The position numbers and the translations under genes are program-made. Below, piece after piece: positions 21,392-29,851 of a DNA stretch of 64,000 nucleotides. The notes under the pieces are model-generated. The model made no database searches and was not told the DNA's origin. It saw only the letters and a list, made by a program, of their open reading frames with translations. This DNA comes from Gemmatimonadota bacterium (GTDB lineage Bacteria > Gemmatimonadota > Gemmatimonadetes > Gemmatimonadales > Gemmatimonadaceae). The stretch is taken from positions 3,522 to 67,521 of the forward strand of contig JAZKJL010000002.1 in the NCBI GenBank assembly GCA_040384325.1, read 5' to 3'. Every line of letters begins with the position of its first letter. Positions within the stretch are counted from its first letter, which is position 1.

Positions 21392-23065
21392 ATGCGACTT
21401 TCCATCCGTTCCTTCCTGCTGTTGCTGGCCAGCGTGAGCATGCTCACGGCCTGCAGTCAGGACCTGGCGGTGAACAACCCGAACCAAGCCGACATCGATC
21501 GAGCGCTGGCGCGCCCGAGCGACATCGAGAACCTGCTTGCGGGTGGCTTCAACCAGGTCGTTGGCAACACCACCGGCGGTGCCGTGGACGCGCTCCAGAG
21601 CTCGTTCCAGGTCATGGGCCTCGAGAACTACACGGGCCTTGCCAACTTCAACATGGGTCCGCGTGCCGGCCTGCCGCGCACGCCGATCCTGAACTTCGCG
21701 AACAACCCGGGCTCGGCCTCGGTCTCGAACGACTTCAACGGCCTGTCGCGCCTGTCGCGGTCCACCACGCTCGCGCTCGAGCGTCTGGCCGAACCGGGCT
21801 TCACGTTCGGTACGCCGGGACAGGACCTGCGCGCCCGCGCCTATGGCCGTTTCGTGCTCGGCATCACGCTCGGCAACCTGGCGCTCGCGTATGACTCCGC
21901 CGCGGTCGTCGTGCCGGGTGGCGAGGCCGTGCCGCCGCTGGTTGCGTACGACTCGGTGCACCGCGCGGCGATCAAGCTGCTCGACGATGCGCTGGCGGAT
22001 GCCGTCAACCCGATCGCCGCTGGCGACGGTGGCTTCCCGCTGCCCGCATCGTGGCTCAACCTCTCGACCGGCGCCGTCTCGGCGACGCAGTTCCAGCAGA
22101 TCATCCGGTCATACCGTGCGCGCCTCCGCGCCTCCGTGGCTCGTACGCCGGCCGAGCGCACGGCGGTGAACTGGGCGCTGGTGCTGGCCGATGCACAGGC
22201 CGGCATCACGGCCGACCTGCAGATCGTGATGAACGCCACCACCGGCTGGACGCAGGCCTGGGTCATCCAGCACTACGTCGGCTCGAACTGGCACGTCATG
22301 ACGCCGTTCATCATCGGCATGGCCGATACCACGAGCGCGTACACGTCGTGGCTGAACGAGCCGCTGCTGAACCGCACGCCGTTCCTGATCCGCACGCCGG
22401 ACAAGCGTTTCCCGGCCGGTGAGACGCGCGCCGCGCAGAACACCTCGTCGGGTGGTGGTGGCGCCGGTACCGTGCCGCCGGCCGGCATCTACTTCCGCAA
22501 TCGTGTCTCGGCGAACGACGGCGGTGCGGCAGACGGTACCTGGGGCTTCTCGTGGTACGATCACGCGCGCTTCCAGGTGTTCCAGAACAACAACCGCATC
22601 GGCAACTATCCGCACATGACGGTGGCCGAGATGAACGGCCTGATCGCAGAAGCCGCGATCCGGACCGGTGACTTCGCGTTGGCCGCGACGGCCATCGACC
22701 GTACCCGCGTGAGCCGCGGCGGCCTGCCGCCGCTGGTGGGCGCGGGCATCACGTCGCTGACGCAGGATGTGCCGGGCGGCAACGCCTGCGTGCCGCGCAT
22801 CCCGGTGCGCACCGGCACCACCTACACGACTCGCTGCGGCAACATCCTCGAGGCGATGAAGTGGGAGAAGCGGATGGAGATGGCGTACATCAACTACGGC
22901 GCCTGGTACTTCGACATGCGCGGTTACGGTGACCTGCCGGAAGGCACGCCGATCCACTTCCCGGTGCCATGGCAGGAGCAGAACGTCCGCCTTGGCCTGC
23001 CGTCGAACGTGGGCGGTGTCGGCCAGCCTGGTGGTTCTGCTCGCGGCACCTACGGATTCCCGTGA
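21392..23065 (+). CDS. SusD/RagB-family outer-membrane lipoprotein (locus 2, 557 aa)
   Basis: Lipobox MLTAC, position after SusC, and a C-terminal region (GNILEAMKWEKRMEMAY..., WYFDMRGYGDL) typical of SusD-like proteins. Confidence 0.8.
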   Translation: MRLSIRSFLLLLASVSMLTACSQDLAVNNPNQADIDRALARPSDIENLLAGGFNQVVGNTTGGAVDALQSSFQVMGLENYTGLANFNMGPRAGLPRTPILNFANNPGSASVSNDFNGLSRLSRSTTLALERLAEPGFTFGTPGQDLRARAYGRFVLGITLGNLALAYDSAAVVVPGGEAVPPLVAYDSVHRAAIKLLDDALADAVNPIAAGDGGFPLPASWLNLSTGAVSATQFQQIIRSYRARLRASVARTPAERTAVNWALVLADAQAGITADLQIVMNATTGWTQAWVIQHYVGSNWHVMTPFIIGMADTTSAYTSWLNEPLLNRTPFLIRTPDKRFPAGETRAAQNTSSGGGGAGTVPPAGIYFRNRVSANDGGAADGTWGFSWYDHARFQVFQNNNRIGNYPHMTVAEMNGLIAEAAIRTGDFALAATAIDRTRVSRGGLPPLVGAGITSLTQDVPGGNACVPRIPVRTGTTYTTRCGNILEAMKWEKRMEMAYINYGAWYFDMRGYGDLPEGTPIHFPVPWQEQNVRLGLPSNVGGVGQPGGSARGTYGFP

Positions 23066-23577
23066 TGTCTGGCGGTCGCGTGACGCGGTGCGTCGTGGTC
23101 GGGGTGATGCTGCTGTCGGTGGCGGGGTGTTACACCTACGCGCCGCCGGTCAGCACCCCGGCTGCGGGTGCCGAGGTGGCAGTCGTGCTGACGGATCGCG
23201 GTCGCGCTGCGCTGGGTGAGCGCATCGGCCCCGAGATCGATCAGCTGCGGGGACGCCTGGTGTCGAGCAACGACACCAGCGTGACCGTGGCGATGCGCGA
23301 ATCAGTCACGTTGCGCGGCGTGTCGGCCGCCTGGGGCGACGAACAGCTGACGGTGAATCGTGAGCAGTTCGCGACCGTGCGTGTGAAGGCACTGTCCAAG
23401 GGACGCACCGGCGTACTGGCCGGGACCATGGGCGCCATCGTTGGATTTTTCGTCATCAACGGTGGATTCGACATCGGTGGTCGGAACGTGGACTCCGACC
23501 CCTCGACTCCACCCGGAGGACCCGGCAACTCGAGCAGGATCGGGTCCATCCACATACCCTTCCGGAGCGACTTTTAA
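23065..23577 (+). CDS. Hypothetical lipoprotein (170 aa) with C-terminal hydrophobic segment
   Basis: Lipobox LSVAGC. Start overlaps the SusD stop (TGATG). No family recognised. Confidence 0.55.
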   Translation: MSGGRVTRCVVVGVMLLSVAGCYTYAPPVSTPAAGAEVAVVLTDRGRAALGERIGPEIDQLRGRLVSSNDTSVTVAMRESVTLRGVSAAWGDEQLTVNREQFATVRVKALSKGRTGVLAGTMGAIVGFFVINGGFDIGGRNVDSDPSTPPGGPGNSSRIGSIHIPFRSDF

Positions 23578-24434
23578 TGCGTATCCGTTCCATGTTTGCA
23601 GCCGCTGCCGGACTGTCCGTCCTGGTCGGCTGCGACAGAGAAGTAGAACCCACCGAGACGGTGCTGCAGGAGTCGGCAGTCATCCGTTACGTGAACGCCG
23701 TCGGCGACACGAGCGGACTCGATTTCCGATTCGTCGATGGCAGCATCGAGGGTTCGCCGCAGTACAGCAACGTGCCGTTCCGCAGCTTCACCGCCTATCA
23801 GCGGGTGCGCGCCGGCACGCGGCAGATCAAGGTCTTCACCAGCCCGGTGCCGTACGCGAACAACATCGCGGTGGCGACGCAGCAGCACATCGACACCACG
23901 TTCACGTTCGAGGCGAACGCCCGCTACACGATCATCTCCTACGGCTTCGCGCGCGCCACGAGCACGCCGCGGCACCGCCTGGTGATCATCCGTGACGAGC
24001 TGCCGACCCTGACGGCGACGCAGGTCGGCACGCGCGTGATCCACGCCGCCCCGGCAGTGGGCAACGTGGACGTGTACGTGCAGAACAGCGAAGCGGCCGC
24101 CGGCGTGACCGGTGCGCCGACGGTGGCGAACGTGGCTCCGCTGGGCATCTCGGCGTACCTCAACCTGGCTCCGCGCCCGGTCGGCTCGCTGCTCTACCGC
24201 TTCGACCTCACCGCGCCGGGTTCGACGACCGCGCTGGCCGTGAACCCGAACAGCGGCCTCCCGGGCCAGGTCGGGACCACGGCGGTGAATCCGCTGGCCG
24301 GGTTCCAGGTGGGTCGCTCGGTGATCACCGCGATCGTGTTCGGCCCGTCGGTGGCCGGCTCCACGGCCGCGTCGTTCACCACCGCCGGCCTGCGCTTCCT
24401 GCCGGACAAGCACCTCGACGTGACCGAGCAGTAA
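23577..24434 (+). CDS. DUF4397-like lipoprotein
   Basis: Lipobox VLVGC. Two repeats of the pattern IRYVNAVGDTSGLDFRFVDG / TRVIHAAPAVGNVDVYVQN typical of DUF4397. Start overlaps the previous stop (TAATG). Confidence 0.6.
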   Translation: MRIRSMFAAAAGLSVLVGCDREVEPTETVLQESAVIRYVNAVGDTSGLDFRFVDGSIEGSPQYSNVPFRSFTAYQRVRAGTRQIKVFTSPVPYANNIAVATQQHIDTTFTFEANARYTIISYGFARATSTPRHRLVIIRDELPTLTATQVGTRVIHAAPAVGNVDVYVQNSEAAAGVTGAPTVANVAPLGISAYLNLAPRPVGSLLYRFDLTAPGSTTALAVNPNSGLPGQVGTTAVNPLAGFQVGRSVITAIVFGPSVAGSTAASFTTAGLRFLPDKHLDVTEQ

Positions 24435-24609
24435 CGCCTCACGACCGGCGCCTCGGCACCGGTCGCAGGGCCTGCTCGAGACTGGACCCCGACGCCGCCG
24501 ACCCGTGTATCGTGTCTGCGGCGTCTGGCGTTCTCAGCCCTCGCTGCAGCGATTATTTTGCCGATATCGTCACCAATGGTCACTCTTCCCTCTCCCCCCG
24601 GAGCTCGCA

Positions 24610-25191
24610 ATGACCAGTGAATTCGTTCGCCGTATTCGAGGCGCCGCCGCCAGCGCCGCACTGCTGCTCGTGGGCGGCTGCGCTGGTGCCGCCGGGCCCG
24701 CGGGCGCCGGTACGCCAGCGGCGCTGCCCGTCGGCAGCACAGGTGGCTCCACGCGTGGCATCGGTCTCGAAGTGACCGCGCGGAACGTGGGCCAGGAAGC
24801 GGTGGTGCCAGTGGCGCAGGGCCCCACCTTCGAGGCGCTGGAAGCGACGTTCAGCGCGCTGCAGATCCCACTCTCGCGCCGCGAGCCGGAACGCTTCACC
24901 ATCGGCAACGACGGACTGAAGATGCGCCGCAAGCTTGGCTCGATGGAGCTGCGCCGCCTGTTCGACTGCGGTGGCACCTCCGGCATGCCGAACTCCGAGA
25001 CGTACACCATCACTGCTTCGATCATCTCGGCGGTGACGGCCAGCGCCAGCGGCGGTTCGGTGGTCACCACCGTGATCGATGCCAGTGCGGAGAATCCGAG
25101 CTTCCCCGGCTCCGGCGTCCGCTGCAGCTCCACCGGGTCGCTCGAGGATGCGATCGCGAAGGAACTCCGCACCCGACTCAACGCACGTTGA
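24610..25191 (+). CDS. Hypothetical lipoprotein (193 aa)
   Basis: Lipobox LLVGGC, consistent GC3-rich coding frame, no recognisable family. Confidence 0.5.
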   Translation: MTSEFVRRIRGAAASAALLLVGGCAGAAGPAGAGTPAALPVGSTGGSTRGIGLEVTARNVGQEAVVPVAQGPTFEALEATFSALQIPLSRREPERFTIGNDGLKMRRKLGSMELRRLFDCGGTSGMPNSETYTITASIISAVTASASGGSVVTTVIDASAENPSFPGSGVRCSSTGSLEDAIAKELRTRLNAR

Positions 25192-25231
25192 CCTGCCGGT
25201 CGCGACCCTCTTCAACTTCGCCGTGATCCGC

Positions 25232-26416
25232 ATGATGAACGTGATGACGCAGCCGCGCCTGTCGCGCCAGCTCTGGCAGGTGGCAGGGTGCGCGGTGCTG
25301 CTGCTGGCCAGCGCGCCGGTGATGCGCGCACAAGGTGCACCGGCACCGTCACCGACCGGCATCGAAGGCGTGGTGGTGGACAGCGCCGGTCGTCCGTTGG
25401 CCAATGCGCGTCTGGTGGTGCGGGACACGGCACGCGTCGGCACGCAGGCACTGCGTCGCTCCGAGGCCACCTCCGACAGCACCGGTGTGTTCCGCATCAT
25501 CGGGTTGCCGGCGGGCGCCCATGTGCTGGAGGTGACGCGCGACGAGTACGAGCCGGCCGGCTTCCAGTTCAACATCGGCACCGGGATCACCGCCAAGGTG
25601 CGCATCACGCTGCAAGCCGATCCGCTCTGGGCGGAGATGAAGCGTGCCGCGGACAGCATCCTGGCTGCCGATCGTGCCGACTCGATCGCGAAGGCACAGG
25701 TGGCGCGTGCCGCACCGCCGGGTGTGGCGTTCGGCAGTGGTGTGCTGTCCGGGCGTGTGCTGACGCCGGAAGGCACACCGGTGGGTCGTGCGCAGGTGCA
25801 GGCGATGGGCACCAACTACAACACGATGACCGACAGCAGCGGGCGCTTCCGCCTCGGTGAGTTGCCGGTGGGCCCGTACTTCCTGCGTGCGCGCAAGGTG
25901 GGCTTCGATCCGGTGGTGTTCAGCGCACAGGTGGTGCGCGGCGATTCACTGGATGCGAGCATCACGCTGACGCCGTTCACCGCCGCGCGCGGGACGCGCC
26001 TCGACACGGTGCGCGTGACGGCCGACGCGGCCCGCAGCAGTCGCCGACTGGCTGGCTTCCAGCAGCGCAAGGCGACCGCGCGCGGGCTCTACATCGATCG
26101 CAACGAGATCCAGCTCCGCCGGCCGACCAACTTCAGCGACCTGCTGCGCGGTCGCGCCAACATCACCGTGCAGCGCAACAGCGCCACCGGTGAGACGCAG
26201 GTGTTCGGACCGCGACTCAGCATCAGCGGCGGCTACTGCCAGCTGGCGCTGATCATCGACGGCACGCTGATCCCGAATGCCGCCAGCAGCCTGGATACGC
26301 TGGTGCCGCCGGACATGGTGCTGGGCATCGAGGTCTACAACAGCGGCACGTCGGTGCCGGGTGAGTTCCAGCGACTGGGCACCGATTGCGGCGCGATCAT
26401 CGTCTGGACGCGCTAG
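25232..26416 (+). CDS. Barrel-less CarboxypepD_reg (x2) + Plug-like domain protein, paralog P1 (394 aa)
   Basis: Signal peptide, then two CarboxypepD_reg-like modules (IEGVVVDSAGRPLANARLVV; LSGRVLTPEGTPVGRAQVQAMG). The C-terminal module FQQRKATARGLYIDRNEI...LALIIDGTLIPN...VLGIEVYNSG...CGAIIVWTR parallels TonB-receptor plug motifs. No barrel follows. Confidence 0.7.
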   Translation: MMNVMTQPRLSRQLWQVAGCAVLLLASAPVMRAQGAPAPSPTGIEGVVVDSAGRPLANARLVVRDTARVGTQALRRSEATSDSTGVFRIIGLPAGAHVLEVTRDEYEPAGFQFNIGTGITAKVRITLQADPLWAEMKRAADSILAADRADSIAKAQVARAAPPGVAFGSGVLSGRVLTPEGTPVGRAQVQAMGTNYNTMTDSSGRFRLGELPVGPYFLRARKVGFDPVVFSAQVVRGDSLDASITLTPFTAARGTRLDTVRVTADAARSSRRLAGFQQRKATARGLYIDRNEIQLRRPTNFSDLLRGRANITVQRNSATGETQVFGPRLSISGGYCQLALIIDGTLIPNAASSLDTLVPPDMVLGIEVYNSGTSVPGEFQRLGTDCGAIIVWTR

Positions 26417-26443
26417 CGAAGCTCCGCGCCTGACGGCGTCGCG

Positions 26444-27919
26444 TCAGGGCGTGGTGCGCGGCTTGGTTGCCGCCGCCCGGCGCGACGCCTCGATCTCGGC
26501 CTGCGGATCGCGCAGCCAGATCACGATCACCGCGCAGTCACCGTAGCGCTGGTGCTCGGGCGGTGTGGAGAGCCGGCTGGTGTACACCTCCATGCCGCGC
26601 ACGTCCTCGGCGCGGATCATCGCCTCGGGACCGATGGCGCCGCCGGCAGCGAAGCGCACGCCGTTGACCACGAACGCCGGGAAGCAGCCGTTCCCACGCC
26701 CGGCGATCAGGCGCTGGTTGCGATCTGTGGACTTGCCACGGATACCAGGCACCAGCCGCAGAGCGGTGGCGAGATCGGTGATGCCCTTCAGGTTCTCGCG
26801 GGTGAAGAAATAGCCCGAACCCTGCTTGCGGCGCGAGTCGAAGCCGACGGAGTCCCAAGTGGCGGCGCGATTGGCGCGCACCGTGACGGTGCCGAGCACG
26901 GCCACGGTGCGGTCGAGTGTTATGTCGCGTTCGAGGCGCTGCGCGGGGCGGAGGTTGATGCCGACGCGGCTGGGCCGAAAGCCAAGTGCCCGCACGTCGA
27001 TGGCGCGCACGCCGGCCGGTACCTGGCCGAAGCTGAACCGGCCGGCCTGATCGGTGATGGCGGTGCCGTCGGGTCGATCGATGCGGACCGACACGTTGGG
27101 CAGGCCTTCGCCGTCGAGGGTGAGCACGCGACCGGTGATCGAGCCGACGGTCGGCGTGTCGGCACGGACGGTGTCGGCCACCACCTGCTCGATCGAGAAG
27201 TCGTAGGCGGCGAAGCTGGCTGCGCCGAGTTGGACACGCACGCGTGGCGTGTCGCGGACGCCGTTACGGGCCCAGATCTCCACCGGCGAGAAGCGCGGCG
27301 CCCGACAGATGGCGAACCGGCCCATCTCGCTGGTGCGAACGCGCGCCCGTTCGCGCAGGCCACCGCCTGCGTAGGTGGTGTCGGTGCCGCGCCAGGCGGC
27401 AGCCACTTCCACGCCGGCCACCGGCTCGTCGGAGTCCGCCCGCCGCACGACGCCGATCAGCAGCCCTTCGCCCACCCGTCCACGCGTCACGCCGCAGCGG
27501 GCGAGTACGAAGGCGGCGGCGGTGGGGAGTGAGGCGGTGACCGGCTCGTCGCGCAGCCCCACGCGCAGGTCGACACCGATGGTGTCGATGCCGAGGGAGT
27601 CGAGCAGGGGGTGCCGGACCACGAGGCGATGCAGGCCCGGCGTCACGCTGTCGAGGCGGAAGGCGCCGCGATCGGTGGTGGTGTGGACGGTGGTGGCGCC
27701 GTCCAGTGACAGCAGTGCGCCGCGCAGCACGTCGTTGGTCAGCAGGCTGTCGAGCAGCACGCCGCTGACGGGACGTGGTGGTCCGGAGACCGGCTGCCCG
27801 ATGGCCGTGGTGACCGGCGCAACCGGTTTCGGTGCCCCTGCGGACTGGCAGGCGCAGAGCAGCGCTGCGGCGAACAGCGCAGTGCCTCCGGTGGACAACG
27901 AACTGCGGGACTGAGACAT
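26444..27919 (-). CDS. Barrel-less CarboxypepD_reg (about x3) + Plug-like domain protein, paralog P2 (491 aa)
   Basis: ATG at 27919. N-terminal signal/lipobox-like LLCAC. Repeated beta-sandwich-like modules (ITGRVLTLDGEGLPNVSVRI...). C-terminal FDSRRKQGSGYFFTRENL...AFVVNGVRF...VRGMEVYTS...CAVIVIWLR. Confidence 0.7.
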   Translation of the reverse strand: MSQSRSSLSTGGTALFAAALLCACQSAGAPKPVAPVTTAIGQPVSGPPRPVSGVLLDSLLTNDVLRGALLSLDGATTVHTTTDRGAFRLDSVTPGLHRLVVRHPLLDSLGIDTIGVDLRVGLRDEPVTASLPTAAAFVLARCGVTRGRVGEGLLIGVVRRADSDEPVAGVEVAAAWRGTDTTYAGGGLRERARVRTSEMGRFAICRAPRFSPVEIWARNGVRDTPRVRVQLGAASFAAYDFSIEQVVADTVRADTPTVGSITGRVLTLDGEGLPNVSVRIDRPDGTAITDQAGRFSFGQVPAGVRAIDVRALGFRPSRVGINLRPAQRLERDITLDRTVAVLGTVTVRANRAATWDSVGFDSRRKQGSGYFFTRENLKGITDLATALRLVPGIRGKSTDRNQRLIAGRGNGCFPAFVVNGVRFAAGGAIGPEAMIRAEDVRGMEVYTSRLSTPPEHQRYGDCAVIVIWLRDPQAEIEASRRAAATKPRTTP

Positions 27920-28200
27920 CACCTGAACAGTAATTCGCGTCCCGCCGCGCAACAGAGCGTGGAAGCGAGCCAGAGACGAGGCGCACCGATGGTCGGGTGC
28001 GCCGGGACTCTGACGGAGCATTGGCTCGTCAGGTCCGCGTCATCGGGCGGCGTGAAAGGGGTGATGGCTGCGTGTTTCCGGGTCACGGAGTCGGTTGCGG
28101 CGACCGCAGAGTGGCCGCGTCAGCCATGCATCATGGCCGACGCGATGCCGCCTCGCCAGGGAGTGCGCTCGTCGCCGGTGACCATGCCTGGCCGGAGGTG

Positions 28201-29124
28201 ATGACCATGAAGCGACTGGCAGCAGGACCGTGGCTGATGGTGTGTGGGGTGCTGGTGCTGGCAGCGTGTGCGGACGATCCCACCGGCGTGCCGCTGCCCC
28301 TCGATCCGTCGCCGACGTTCGGCAGCTGTGGGAGTGAGGCGCTGGCGCAGGTGATTTCGGCGACCGTGTCGAATCCGCTGCCGGTATGGACGGTGCGGGC
28401 GACGTTCAGCGGCGCGGCGCTGGGCCTGCCGTTCAACCTCTCGCAGTCGATGAATTTCCCGTCCTACGTGAACGTGGGCCCGGCGCCGTGCCTCAACACC
28501 AGCGACGCCACCTACAGCACCGAGGCGTCGTCGGCCGAGATGGATCCGATTCCGGCGCCGCCCGGTGTGGATGCCGACTGGTGGGCCTCTCTCTCTCCGC
28601 GCGAACAGCGTGTGCTGATCAAGTGGGCGGAGATCCTGATGAAGCTAAATCCCAATCGCTACACGGCCGTGGGCAACACCATCACGCAGTTCTTCGAGAA
28701 GGCGATCCTGGAGTTCAAGGCGAAGGCGAAGATCCGTGCGAACGACTTCTACGGCGGCACCGTCAAGGCGGAACTGCTGTCGGGCGGCATCTATGGGTGC
28801 ATGCTCTACCGGCGCTTCGCGTTCGACCAGTACTCCCCGTTCTCGTGGGCCGAAACGATGGAGATGGCCGCCGACCTGGTGACGGCCTTCGGCGAGGCAC
28901 AGTTCACGACGCGGCCGCTGGCCGGGCTGGTATTCTCCACCAACGGCGTCTTCGGCGCCGGACTGGCTGCTGCGAACCTGAGCAACGGTGAGTGCGGCCG
29001 CATGGTGTTCGATGCGGTCGGTTCCGGGCGCATCAGCGTGACGGACCCGTATGGCTCGTGGTATAACCCTGGCTCCGCGAATCCGCTGCTGCCGCCGTCC
29101 GATGGCGGTGACAACGATCGCTGA
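28201..29124 (+). CDS. Hypothetical lipoprotein (307 aa), no recognisable family
   Basis: GGAGGTG directly upstream of the ATG, lipobox LVLAAC, coherent coding frame. Confidence 0.55.
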   Translation: MTMKRLAAGPWLMVCGVLVLAACADDPTGVPLPLDPSPTFGSCGSEALAQVISATVSNPLPVWTVRATFSGAALGLPFNLSQSMNFPSYVNVGPAPCLNTSDATYSTEASSAEMDPIPAPPGVDADWWASLSPREQRVLIKWAEILMKLNPNRYTAVGNTITQFFEKAILEFKAKAKIRANDFYGGTVKAELLSGGIYGCMLYRRFAFDQYSPFSWAETMEMAADLVTAFGEAQFTTRPLAGLVFSTNGVFGAGLAAANLSNGECGRMVFDAVGSGRISVTDPYGSWYNPGSANPLLPPSDGGDNDR

Positions 29125-29197
29125 ATGACGACCTGCTGACACGACGACACACGGTAGGCACGTTCGTGTCTGCCGGGCCACTCGCACTCGTTCACCC

Positions 29198-29794
29198 ATG
29201 GGGGTCACCGTGTCACGTCGTCATGCGCTTCCACTGGTGATGCTGCTGGCGGTGCCGTGTCAGGCACCGCTGGCGCAGTCGCCGGGTGGGGATCCACCAC
29301 CGGGCGCCATGCAGGCGTTCTTCCGGCTCGCCGAGAGGCTGGGACAGCGTCGCAGCGAGTTCCGGGCGGTGTGGCCGTTGTCGCTGCAGGATGGTGCGAG
29401 CAACACGTCGATCGCGCTCACGGCCTCGGATCGCCTGTCGGTGCACTTCGCCGACGATCCGGTGGCACGCGACACCACGCCGAGGGTGGCGGCGGTGATC
29501 CTCACGCAGCAGTTCGCGGACACGCTGTCGTTGCGGAACGGTGTGCTGGCGCTGCAGCGGGCGCTGGAGCAGAAGTACGGGCCGCCGGACGAATGCAGCG
29601 ATCCACTCGGTCCGCCGGCCCACCTGTTCTCACCGCAGACGGTGTCGCGCTTCTGGAAGCGGGCGCTCGGTGCTGCGCCGTTGCACCTGACGTGGGAAGT
29701 CTCGCCGACGCGCGCGTATGTGTTGTCGGTCTACGCGGGACGGTTCGCGGCGCCGTCCGAGGCGCGGATGTCCTGCGAGGCGAAGCTGCCCTGA
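29198..29794 (+). CDS. Hypothetical secreted protein (198 aa)
   Basis: Signal-peptide-like MGVTVSRRHALPLVMLLAVPCQAPLAQS. No family recognised. Confidence 0.45.
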   Translation: MGVTVSRRHALPLVMLLAVPCQAPLAQSPGGDPPPGAMQAFFRLAERLGQRRSEFRAVWPLSLQDGASNTSIALTASDRLSVHFADDPVARDTTPRVAAVILTQQFADTLSLRNGVLALQRALEQKYGPPDECSDPLGPPAHLFSPQTVSRFWKRALGAAPLHLTWEVSPTRAYVLSVYAGRFAAPSEARMSCEAKLP

Positions 29795-29829
29795 CGCGGC
29801 ACGACGGCGACCGGCGCCGCCGTGCCGCG
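29795..29829. terminator. GC-rich hairpin between convergent genes (candidate bidirectional terminator)
   Basis: CGCGGCACGACGGCG-ACCGG-CGCCGCCGTGCCGCG, a 15-bp stem with one mismatch and no U-tract. Confidence 0.4.
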
Positions 29830-29851
29830 CGTCCTCGCGTCAGCGTCAGCG

